This document shows, in pieces, positions 37,028 through 48,580 of a stretch of DNA of 64,000 bases. The position numbers were made by a program, and so were the translations under genes. This DNA is from Yuukianura sp. NJ FZ-2021 (taxonomy: Eukaryota): assembly GCA_046563655.1 (NCBI GenBank), contig CM102286.1:10788001-10852000 (forward strand). The letters are read 5' to 3'. Below the pieces are notes generated by a model that saw nothing but the letters and a program-made list of their open reading frames with translations, made no database searches and was not told where the DNA came from. Each line of letters begins with the position of its first letter. Positions within the stretch are counted from its first letter, which is position 1.

Positions 37028-39049
37028 ATGTTGCATCCTCGAGTTATGAATCTTTTCATTTTCGTTACAAATTCGGCTTACCACTTGAAAACAATTCCGT
37101 TTCGTTATATCCAACAAGAAAACCGTTTTCGCCGTGGCGATTTATTTGACGTAGGACTTTGGCGTTTGACTCAAGTGGCAATGTGGGCCAATCAAATTTT
37201 CTTGGTAAGCCGGTTTCACAAGGCACTGATCTCTGCAAATGTCCAAGAACAATATCAACTAACTGAACTTATTATCCAATTCATTTACACTTTTGCTTTT
37301 ATTGTACCATGTTTCATTGAATGTGCTCTTGTATTCAAAGAAGCAGAGGTAGTGGAAATTGTCAATTTGGTTCCAGGATACTTCGTTCACCTTCATGGTG
37401 AGTTCAAGGACTTTGTACAGTATGATTTGATTCAAGCATTAAACCGGTCTAGCATTTTTTTTAATATTTCAATTCATTTATTCCTGCAGAAAAATATGCG
37501 CTGAATACAGCTAAGAGCCCGACAAGCAATGGATGCGCAACTATCATGAAGCTATTCATCGTTATCACTGCCGTATTCCCTACAGTCATTACCTTAATGT
37601 ATCTACACAATCCTTTCAGGTCAAATGCATTTCTAACGTCATTGTTACCCGTGACCCCTGGTAGTACACTTGGATGGGCAGTTGGAATACTCCTTGCAAT
37701 GCCTTTCCAATACATAATGGTAATCAGGTAAGCACTAAATATCTTATATATTAAATATGGCGCAGACGTCAGTTTTGGTTATACTTTATCTACTTAAGTA
37801 CTAACGAAAGCTACTCTGTGGTTTTACAATGTCTGTCTGCCCAACTGTGTATCCGGTTGGCCCTCCGTCCGGAAACAGTTCAGCATTCTTCGTCTTCCTT
37901 CGTCTTCTTCAACGTCTTCCTTCCCCACAGGAATCTTTGTTCAAAACTGAACATTCAGTAACCAAGAGACCTTCACTTTTGAATATCATCCCATTTATGT
38001 CAACCCCTTCTGGGTCAAGAGTCAAGTTTTTTTTTTACTTTTACCGGCCGTAACTATACTACATTATGGTTCACCATGATTGGTCGGAGTAACTCATCTG
38101 AGTAAGCGTTCGCGATATACAACGCCATCTTTGACCGTTTTCGTACACTTCGAGATTTATTGTAAAGAGTTTTAGTCTAGTGTTGGAAGAAAGATGAACA
38201 AAACTGGAAACGGTTAGAATATTACCCGTTAAGATGTGCGCATTAAATTTTGTTTAAAGGTTGGTATTACGCGTAGCCCTAAAATAGATCAAGATGTTGA
38301 CAACAGACATACAACTATGACGAATATGATAACTATTACAAAATAAAACTATCAGTATTTAATATTTTTTCCTGTACACTAGCTGGGCGATTGATGCTTT
38401 CATGGTCTCTGTTGGCGTAATTTGCATCTATAACTTAATATTCGTTCTACGTGAAATCAAGTACGAATTGCTTAGTGGCGTAAAGTTAAATTTTTATAAA
38501 GACGTTTTTCAATTAGTAAATTTACTTTTACCTTTTCACAGTCCAACAAGGAATAGTGACTCATCTCATGAAGACATCCGGATTCCTCATAATGCATTGT
38601 TTGTTTACAAATGCTTGCAACTTCTGAACATATCTATAAATAACTTCATCCAAAACTGGATGGTTCTTGTGAACACGACATGTCTAACCTTCACTGTCGT
38701 TTGCGCATCAATAATCATTCGATACCACAGCCGTATGCCCTCATTGGCCACTATGGCCGCAGTAATCTTAACATCCATTTGTACAATCTACACAATTGTA
38801 GTGACGGTCAAATTGAGCCAATGCTACGAGCTTGCAAAGCAGTTTGCTAACTCCTGGAAACATAGAGGAGTTCTGCTGGTTACTCCTGACGACAGACGGT
38901 TGTTAACTAAATACAGGAGAGCTATTCGACCATTGAGGTTCTCTATTGCCAGCTTCGACTTTTATCAAAAGCCTCAAGTTACAAAAGTAATTGGACGGAT
39001 TATTTATCTTACTGCCAGATTTCTAATTTTCACCAGGAATATTATGTAG
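37028..39049 (+). CDS. Putative 7TM chemoreceptor (gustatory/odorant receptor superfamily-like); approximate exons 37028-37398, 37490-37727, 38384-38460, 38542-39049
   Basis: Multiple hydrophobic helices over GT-AG-bounded exons; C-terminal RAIRPLRFSIASFDF...IIYLTARFLIF resembles the last loop and TM7 of arthropod chemoreceptors. The family call is by resemblance only. Confidence 0.6.
37792..38050 (+). mobile_element. Degenerate HINE fragment in the chemoreceptor intron
   Basis: AAGTACTAACGAAAGCTACT, TGTCTGTCTG, CCGTCCG and GAATATCA...TCAACCCCTTCTGGGTCAAGAGTCAAG resemble 17880-18075. Confidence 0.55.
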
Positions 39050-39717
39050 TAATGTGTTAGATATGTAGCTATTCTGTTAAATTTCGGTAAATAAGAATTC
39101 TTATTATGCCAGGAAAATAAAAATAATTATCAATTTTTTCGTAACATCAACTTCCGTTAGCGAGGAATACTTTGATGCTCAAGTATGAACTGGCTACCAA
39201 AAATGAATTTTCGTTGAAGAAAGTGAGTTGCGTTTTTACTATGTCCAATATCTGTAGCTTACTACACTTCATACGAACTTTCTACCTACCTTGAACAGTA
39301 TTCCAAATTAAATAATAATTTATTGTGTACTTTATGTTTAATAATTTAAATAAAATGTTTAAAGAAGTATTCGGAAGATCGCGGAGAAAGCGGTAGCTGA
39401 AAAAAAAAGGAGAGGGAGAGACTTTTTCTTTGGTTTTCTATTTCCACCCTCCTCTACTCAAAACCAAGATGCAATTTCGCTTCCACTTTTAGTTTCAAAT
39501 CAGAAAACGACTGGGAGGGTTGTTCATGAGCCTCTGTTGTTCAAAGTTTTCGACATTAGGGAGTTTGTGTAGTTTAAATAACTTCAGTGAACGCACTAAC
39601 ATTAAATTACATTGAAATAAATAAAATAACCCAGTTTAAGTTAACACCTAATGTGGTAAAATTTATGTGTTCAGTAACATAAAATTCCTTATTTGAACTT
39701 GGCGTCCCAAAAGCAAA

Positions 39718-40593
39718 ATGGAGGAAGAACTGAAGTGTCAAGTGTGTAAACAATTGTTTAGTAATCCCGTTCTGCTTCCCTGCTACCACTCCATCTGTCT
39801 CAATTGTGCCGTCCAAATCCAGCAGCCAATCTCCTCTGGATCTGGTAACAATGGATTCCACACGCATGCGTCCCAAACCAACTTCCACGGTCAGTCCCAC
39901 CATATTGTGGTCACTACAGCCACGGTCCACCATCAAAGCCACCATCACTCAGACAGTAGCATTAGTAGTGGGGCCGGTGGGTCTGACTCTTCCGGTACTG
40001 AAGATTCGGACAAAATTTCCATTTTGAGTGAAACTGATTCCGGTGTGGTCGTTTGCAGTGCCAGCAGACCGCCATCTAGCTACCTCGCCACAGCAAATAT
40101 GCATGGTCTCCTGTTCCCACCGATCCAGGCGACGGTCCTGTCCTTGTCATGTCCAGTGTGTCACAAGTTGGTGTACTTTGACGAAGCTGGAGCTCAGAAC
40201 TTGCCAAAGTACCGAGTCATGCAGAACATTGTGGACAAGTACGTCGAATCCAGGAACCTCGGAACGAAGTGTCAACTGTGTGAGAAGAATCCGAGACCTG
40301 CGACGACAATGTGCGAACAATGTGAAATCTTTTACTGTGACAAATGTCGTGAGAGTTGTCATCCCACCAGAGGGCCCTTTGCCAAGCACTCCTTACTTAC
40401 TCCCCAAGAGGGCAAAGTTCAACTAAAGTTGAAAACGGGTCCCTTGGAGTATCGTTGTCCGGATCATCCCACACTGCTTCTCAACATGTACTGTATCGTC
40501 TGCAAAGTACCGGTTTGTGGCGGCTGTCTTCAAGAAGGAAAGCATTCGGGTCATGACGTTCAGCCGATTCAGACGATGAGCAAGGCACAAAAG
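39718..40593 (+). CDS. TRIM9: E3 ubiquitin ligase TRIM9/TRIM67 family, first coding exon (RING, B-box1, B-box2); remaining exons not found in window
   Basis: MEEELKCQVC..PVLLPCYHSICLNCA; DSDKISILSETDSGVV insert; CQLCE..CEQCEIFYCDKCRESCHP.RGP.AKH; B-box2; ends SKAQK|GT at 40594. Confidence 0.93.
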
Positions 40594-43451
40594 GTGAAAC
40601 AACTTTGTATTTAAGAATTTCTCATTTTTGTTTACAATTTCTGTTAGGTACATATTTTATAAGTACCTAAAATTTTATGTTTGAGTTTTAGGTAAGCATT
40701 ATCTTTTCGTTTAAGGTTCAAGGGCTACTGTTTGAAGGGTTTAACTTCAGTAGTGGTTTAATTTCAAATCTTTCTTCGTTCACCTGCCCCTATTGTTGTC
40801 ATTAAATGGGAAGGGACATGGACCCTTAAGGGTCTCTAATATCTATACTTATCAAAATACAAAATACCGAATACACACGCATACACACGCTCCCCTTCGT
40901 TCTAAATACAAGTGAACCGTGATTTTTTTTTTTTTTTGTAAACTCACCTGGTAGTACCGTTTCGTTTTTTTAAGCCGAACGGATTCCATACCTGTCGGTT
41001 TTGTTGTGCACCCATGAAATAGTGTTCTGTATAATTCAAAATCCGAATTCTTCCAAACATGAAGCATTTCAATTTTGTAATCCATTCAGCTTGATAGTTT
41101 GACCTACTCAATACTCAAACACGCAGTTCAGCGCGACCTTTCGACCTGCCCTGAGCACTGCTTTTTGAATTCTAAAAGCCTCGCTTTGACTTTATCCATT
41201 CTGTCGCTTCATCCTTTTCAAATCATCCATCCATCACTTCCGCAATTGGAAGTGACTTAAATCCTTTCCATGGAACCTGAAACCATTGTCAGCCTAATTA
41301 CAATGAGAATAGAAGACCAAGGAGCTTTCGGAGTGACAGATTGCCTTCACTAGAACGAAAAGGAAATTGGAACGAATTTTGAAACTGGGTTTCACACCCT
41401 GGGACACTCCATTCCAACGGCGGCAGAATTCAAATCTAAACTCCTTTTGTTCCTAATTGCTCCTTGGATAAGTGGGAAATTTAAATTGAGCAATGGATCT
41501 TCCGTCTTATCCTTTCTCAGTTTACATTTTATGGCTCTACGTTTCCTACTTGATTTGGGAGATTCACGTCTAAGATTTGTTGATACACAACTCCTCCCTA
41601 GGATTCCAAGGGAGCCACCATATGGTGGTGGTGGCTCAAAGGGCCCCACCAAGGGACCCCTATTCAGTTTTTATAGCCCATTGTCCATAGAACAGCATTC
41701 TTCTCTGCCGGGCTGTAGCCATCCGGCGCCAACTTCACCTCTGGAATTTCCTTTGTCCGAAACAAGGTTTTGGAAGCCTCATGAATGAAAGCGAACCAAA
41801 ATGAATAGAGTTCAACTTCACTAATAATCCAACGGACCCCTTCATCAAAAGGTGTTGGCTTCAAATTACGCCCATCCAAATTTTAAATTTTTTCGAATTA
41901 CCGCGCTACAGCACAGTCTCAAGGCTAAGCACTTCTGCACTTCTTGCAAAGAGTGAAAATGACGCTTTTGTCACTTTAAAGTGAAAGTTAAACTGAGAAG
42001 ATTTGAAATTTGACGTTTGTTTGATTAAGATATGGTTAGTGACCTTAACCTTAGAAAGTTGACCTTTGACCTCAGGGGTAGGTGTGTTTGCTATAATGAA
42101 GTGGAGGGGGAGTTTTTTGTTTTGCGTGTGCTGTTCCATTTGAATGAGTTGGAAGGAGTGTTGCTGGAAAGAGGAAGTGCATGTTGTTGTTCCTTTGTTT
42201 TGAACTTTGGGATGCTCGCCAAGTTTTCGTACCTCGCACTGCTTGTTTTTGTGATGATGGTTTGTCGTGTCTTGAACAATTGCTTTTTAAAACAAAACGT
42301 GTTCTGTTTGATTTTGAAAACGGAAGATTTTGCAAGTACTTGACATGAGTGGGAGAGATTTCGTTTGGCACTGATTGCAATTTTCATTAAAGTGGAACGC
42401 CAAGTGGAAGTCACTCGCCTGTCCTCTGGTTCATTTGATACACATCTTTAAACTGCCTATGCCTTGGCAAACTGACGTTTCAAATAATTCAAATTGTTTG
42501 CCCGGGCGCTAAAAATGGGGCGGCAAGTTACAAATTCTATTTTTAAAAGGCAGAATCTCACTTAAAAAAAATCAAAGTTTTTTAGGACCTCGTGGGTTTT
42601 GAATTCGCAAATTTTTTTTAAAAAATTTCAAAAAATTATTTAAAAAAAATTTTTTTTTATGTCGGTTGCTGTAAATGGTCTATTGAAATTTTTTACAATG
42701 GTTGCTAAGGTTGAGGATTCTTTGCTCCTTCCGCAGAAAGGCGCCCATTTTGAGTACCAGAATTGACAACAAAGCTACATTCATTCATTGAGGAGTCAAG
42801 TAAAGATGGAGTCAAATTCTAAGAAAAAACGCTAGAAATTTTTGTTTAGTTTCTAAGTGTCGTATTCTCCATGAAACTTTGGAACCAAACCAATTTAGAT
42901 TAAGTTGATGTCAAATTTGCCGCGAAAGAAAAAACAAACACAGCGCCCGCCATGTTTTGTTTTACGATTTTTAATAATTCATTTTTGTTTTAAAGGTTTC
43001 GCGTAATTTTACATTTTCTTATACTTAGTTTTTTTTTTTTTACATTTTACTTCCCAATTACGGAAGAGATCCTGTTCGTTTTTTTTTCTTTGGGAATTGC
43101 ACTGATGCAAATTTTACCGTTATGAGTCATTAAAATTCTATTTTAGACTCCCGGCTTTTAAAACGGCGAGTGTAGTTTAAGACTTTCTTAGAAAATCAAA
43201 ACCCATTCCTTGTTTACTTTCCAAGAAATTTCAATTCATTGCCTTTTTTTTTCAGCGTTTTAGTGTTCCAGTAAGGCTGTGCCTGATCAACTGGAATTTT
43301 AAAACAAGTAAATCTTATACACTTCTTGGAAATGATGTCACTTTCAATTTTGTTTGAAAAACTACTTTTTGAGACACGTTCCAAAAATGCACAAATTCAA
43401 AGTCCAAGATTCATAAAAAAAAACTCCGAACAGAAGTAGTGCCCTTTAAAC

Positions 43452-44160
43452 GGTTCCATGCCATTGGTGCGAATGAATTGGTGCGAAGCGCAATGGTGCG
43501 AATGAATTGGTGCGAAACCAATTGGTGCGAATGCTGCATTGGTGCGAATGATTTATTGGTGCGAAAGAGCATAAGTGCGAAACCAATTGGTGCGAAAGAT
43601 TAATTAGTGCGAATAAAGATTAATTGGTGCGAATCCTAAATTGGTGCGAAAAGATTATTTGCGTAAGGGCATCGAACATTCCCTAAAGGTTAGGCATTGA
43701 AATGACTACGAAATGATTTTTGTAATCACTACTGTCAATTCAATAACCCAACTCCGCGCCTTCGGCGCGGGAAAATTAAAACAAAGTATAAACGACTACC
43801 GGTTTGAATATTGTAATTCTCAAAATGGTTTTTAGGACCTAAAAATTGTGAGGGCCTAAAATTTTTGTGGGCCTAATTTATTTGGGCCTAACGGCAGGGA
43901 GGGCCAAATTGTTTTGAAGCTAATTCATTGGGCAATGGCGTGCTTTGTGTCGTAGCAATTAATCTTGCGGAGGAAATAATATTTTGCACCAATTAATCCT
44001 TCGCACCAATTAATCTTTCGCACTAATTGGTTTCGCACTTAAGCTCTTTCGCACCAATAAATCATCCGCACCAATTCAGCATTCGCACCAATTGGTTTCG
44101 CACCAATTCATTCGCACCATTGCGCTTCGCACCAATTCATTGGCACCAATGGCGTGCTAC
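43452..44160. mobile_element. Mutator-like foldback MITE with ATTGGTGCGAA subterminal arrays
   Basis: Long imperfect inverted arms built of ATTGGTGCGAA / TTCGCACCAAT units; ~9-bp TSD CCTTTAAAC at 43443-43451 and 44161-44169. Confidence 0.85.
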
Positions 44161-46980
44161 CCTTTAAACAATCCAAAAAATTCAATCTCAAATAGGGTGA
44201 AAGGTGACAAGAAAAGTTTTTCGAAATTGGAGAAAAATTGGAAAAATTCTTCCTTTCATTTTCGCTCCAGAAGCCGAGATCAAAAATGAATGTAAAAGTA
44301 AATTGCAACATTTGAAAGGGGCTAAACTGAGTTCCATTTGCTCCATTTTGTCACTTTGTGCGGGAAGAAACTGCTTTTTGAAGAAACTGAAAGACTGAAA
44401 ATGGAAATATAGAAGAGAGGTTGGATAGCGTAAGGAAATGGAGGATGTAAATTCAAATCCTGCCGCTCCCCTTCACTCGCTTAGGATCATTCTGTTTCCT
44501 GTACGAGAAGATGAACGTCGTCCATTTACTTCGTGTAAAGGGTTGTACACTTTCTTCTGTAAAGGGCGCTTAGTTTGAATTCATACAACCTGAGAAAGTT
44601 CGCTTCCTCGAGCGAATGACAAAGCGTCTGCCTGGGCTTTGCAGATAAGCCACTACTGCCAATTCTTCTCGCAACACGATTCTTCCCTACGCTTTATTTC
44701 CATACTTCGTCTAAAGCTCATGCATGCACGCTTTGGGTGCGGCGAATATCGGGTGAAGGGCGCGCCGAACTTTCATCTACCGAACTTTTAGCTACCGAAC
44801 TCTCAGCTACCGAACTTTCAGCAGGAAATGCTTCGAAATCTTGCCGCCATGATTCAACTTATTTATAGTGCTGCCAAATTTCAAGCGATCGTTGCACAGC
44901 ATATAGGGTGCGGAAATACTCGAACCGAAACCAGTCACCGCATCAATACACGGTTTGAAAGAGATATCAAATCTTGAACGCAAAATCGTTTTCCGTCGAA
45001 CCAATTCCCATTTTCAGTTTTCAGATCCAAGCTTCATAACACCAAAACATTTTCTGGTTCGACGAAAAAAAAGTGAGCCGCTTCGCAGGTTCACATGAGT
45101 GGTGTAAGGCAGGAAATGGTAAAAGAGTATTCGATTGAGTATTCCAGCCGTTCACTGCCGCCCTGTCAACCTTCGAAAGGGCAATTCACTCCCTTCAATC
45201 TCGCATTTACATGGAACTTATTTCCCATTCTGGACGAAGAGTCCCTGGAAAACGATTTTGCAAAGAATAGGATCCTTTCCTTCCAGTCACTTACACTCCC
45301 AGCAGAGTGTCTGTAGTTACTCCCTTCAACTCCTTATTGTGTAACTGGAGCAACGGATTACGACTTTTGGGATTTCAAAAAACTTTTCTATGTTCAATCC
45401 CTGTTGGACGGGTCAAAACCTTATGGTTCCGAAAAGTCTCACTCTCTCGACAGCTGCTTTTATTTTCAAACCTACAAAAAATCTCTTTTCAATTTTTTTT
45501 TTTGAAAATCCGCTTCCTCTGCAAAATTTGAAATGTAGGGTTTACAGGAAATTTCATGTTACTGCGTGTTCAAATTGTCGTTCAAAACAAAGTTTTCAAC
45601 AGCTTGCAAAATTTTATTACTTGCAGAAACAACAACAGCAACATTTTATTACCAGCTGTAATGCAACTCTTTGCTCATAATTCTTTTGAGAAAATATTTT
45701 TTTCATAAAGTGTTCATTTCCACATTAGCGTCTGACATGAACAAGTTACAAAAACTTTTAACCTTTTGACCTAATCGAATTTAACTTTTGACCCCGGAGT
45801 TTTTTTTCTTCTTTACTTCGAATTTGGAAACTTTTTTTTTGCCTCCCGTGGCTTTTCCTGGATTTCACTTTTATTTTGACAAGAAAACTGAGGTTTTTGG
45901 CTGAAGCTGTCAAATGCCCAACTTTCGTTTCTGGCTCCTTCTTCGTGAGTAGTAAACTGAAGAGTCGTAAGCTGTCATGACATGACATGCAATTCCTGTG
46001 CAGCATCGTTAATAATTACAACATGCAGCACACACCTTTAACTACTTCTGGAAAACTAGGATAGGATTTTAGAAAAAAGCGTTAGGTTGTGGAGGGGACT
46101 GATATCGCTGGTTCACGTAAGAGACACTCAATTGTACAGTGTTGTTCAACACCAAACACTTTTGACAAGAACGCCCAACTATAAGTTGTAGGAGGATGAT
46201 TAACGACTGACACTTTTACACTAGTTTACACAAAATCTGACTTACGCATCCCTTGAGTAGACTTTGGAGTAACTAATTGTAAATAGCAGATGAACTAGGA
46301 GGGAATGTCACCCTGTAGATTACCTCGTCTATCGTTTGTTTACTTGTTCTAATCAATACATAGCGTATACGCACAGGCATGGGCATCGACTTTGTTGTGT
46401 AATCCACCGCTTGTAACAGTCATCTCACGTTTCATGGAACATAACTTTCCTGTCTGACATGAAATTGACATTAGGTTTCTGTTAAGCACACATAATGAAC
46501 TGTTCACCTGTTCAAAATTTTGAACATTTTTCAAGATTTCAAAAAATAAAAATGTTGAAATGTATTAACTCCACTTGCTATTGCCGACGTCCTTCAATGT
46601 TTTGATGAAGATTTAAGTTGAGTTTGTATAAGAATATATTATAAATCTTCAGAAGTTCTTAAAATTAAATTTTCCTTTGATTTTTCGAAGCTTACTTTGA
46701 AGATGATTTGTTCGATTTACGCATTATGTAGCCAAATCCAATTTATTTGTCAGCTGTTAGGTAGATTTCAGGCGAAAAATTCCATGCAAGGAAGCAAATT
46801 TTAATTTAATTTTATTAAATTTTTATTAAATATAAAATTAAATATTAAATATAAAAATATATAAAAATTAAATATGTTGAGTTGGACAATGCACAAATTC
46901 AGGACTTTTTGGAAAATAATCACGAAACAATTTCATGACATCAAAGTTATTCGTATACTTCAAGGACTTTAATCGAATTT

Positions 46981-47283
46981 GACAACATTTTTGGCGACAA
47001 ACTGCAAGAAATGACCAAATTGCAAGGCGAATATTGATGAAATGGCAACACAAATTTATGCTCGCCGGCAACTTCTTTAAAAATTAATACCGATAAAAAT
47101 TAACCAACAAATTTTTCCGGTGTTCAGAAAAATGGCCGGTGCTCCCATATGCAATGCCAACCCGAGACGGCGTGTATACTCACTTTCGAAACCCCATTGC
47201 TGCTAGGACTATTACTGCTGGCACTGTGATGGGTTAACTATGATACTCCACTGCAACGTTGACTTCTCCAACTAAGATTAGTG
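46981..47283 (+). pseudogene. Degenerate duplicate of the 3' end of the RRM-RBR gene (RING2 region, intron and 3' UTR)
   Basis: CATTTTTGGCGACAAACTGCAAGAAATGACCAAATTGCAA...CAGAAAAATGGC...CTCACTTTCGAAACCCC aligns to the reverse complement of about 12030-11695; Cys TGC is changed to TGA, the splice donor is lost and there is an internal deletion. Confidence 0.85.
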
Positions 47284-47397
47284 TTAGTTAATGTATTAAT
47301 TAGTTATAATGAGTTAATTTAATTAACATATGCCGCAAATGTATGCAAAAGAGATCATTCAACTTATTCAACATTCTTTCGTTAACCTATATGAAAC

Positions 47398-48023
47398 GGT
47401 TCCATGCCATTTCAACGAATGAATTACCACGAAGTGAATTACCACGAATGAATTTCCCCAAAACTAATTACAACGAAAGTTGAATTACCACGAAAGTCCA
47501 ATTACCACGAAAGTTGAATTACCACGAAAGTCCCATTACCACGAAAGTTGAATTACAAAAAAATACTTAAATTCTAAATTGTTCTGAATTTGAGTTTCCT
47601 TTGTCAATATTTATTTTGAAAAATGGATCAACAGATCTTGTCAAAAACCAACGCAAACGATTGTCGAATAATTAAACTAAATCATCGCCTAACCAAAACT
47701 ACTAAAAATCCTAAAAAAAAACACAACATTTTAACAACCTAAAAAAATTTAAACGTAGAAACCAATATTGTACGTGCGATTCCTAAAAGGTAGTCTGAGG
47801 CAGTCATGTTTCCAAAATGCAGTATTTTATTTTATTGCTCTTTACAACTACATATTTGCCTGCGTTGCATTTGGACTTTCGTGGTAATTCAACTTTCGTG
47901 GTAATTGGACTTTCGTGGTAATTCGTTTCGGGGTAATTCAACTTTCGTTGTAATTGGTTTCAGGGAAATTCATTCGTGGTAATTCACTTCGTGGTAATTC
48001 ATTCGATGAAATGGCGTGCTCCC
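47398..48023. mobile_element. Mutator-like foldback MITE with AATTACCACGAA subterminal arrays
   Basis: Termini GGTTCCATGCCATT / AATGGCGTGCTCCC; inverted arrays AATTACCACGAAAGT / ACTTTCGTGGTAATT; 9-bp TSD ATATGAAAC at 47389-47397 and 48024-48032. Confidence 0.85.
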
Positions 48024-48580
48024 ATATGAAACCGTTTTCACGAATTATTGACCCCTTAGCTATAGGTAGCAAAAGAAGCAAGAAATTCGACAATTACTTC
48101 CGTAACACCTAAGCTATCCAATTTGTGGTAACGTGTGCTTGATGCGAAAACTGTGACTGTAGATTTCTGAGTGTCGGAGCAACCATTCAAAAAATGTTCT
48201 AAAAGTTTTCTTATGGAAACTCGTAGGCTAACAACTATGCCCAACCACTCATTAAACTTGTAGTGTAAATGTTTACTTGAGAATTCCCCGAATAGTGTTG
48301 ATGAAAATGCACAACAGTTGGGTTGGTAAATGAATAGTTCTACTAGTTTGGAAGGTGATTTGCTACATTATCCATTATGTACAACCAAATCCATTTATTT
48401 CTCCGCTGTTATAGATTCCAGTCCAAAATTCCACATGAAAAAGGAAACAAGTTGCATTTAAGTATCCCGAGAATATACTGACCGAGTTGAACAAGGGCAA
48501 AAATTGTCGACTTTTTGGAAAATAATCGGGAAACAATTTCCTTACATGAAAACTAGTATTGACCTGATTTCCACTGCAAA

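Noticed and set aside
41392..42414. ORFs of 70-113 aa after Trim9 exon 1
   Set aside because: No Trim9 coiled-coil, FN3 or SPRY similarity and no other motifs; likely intronic noise.
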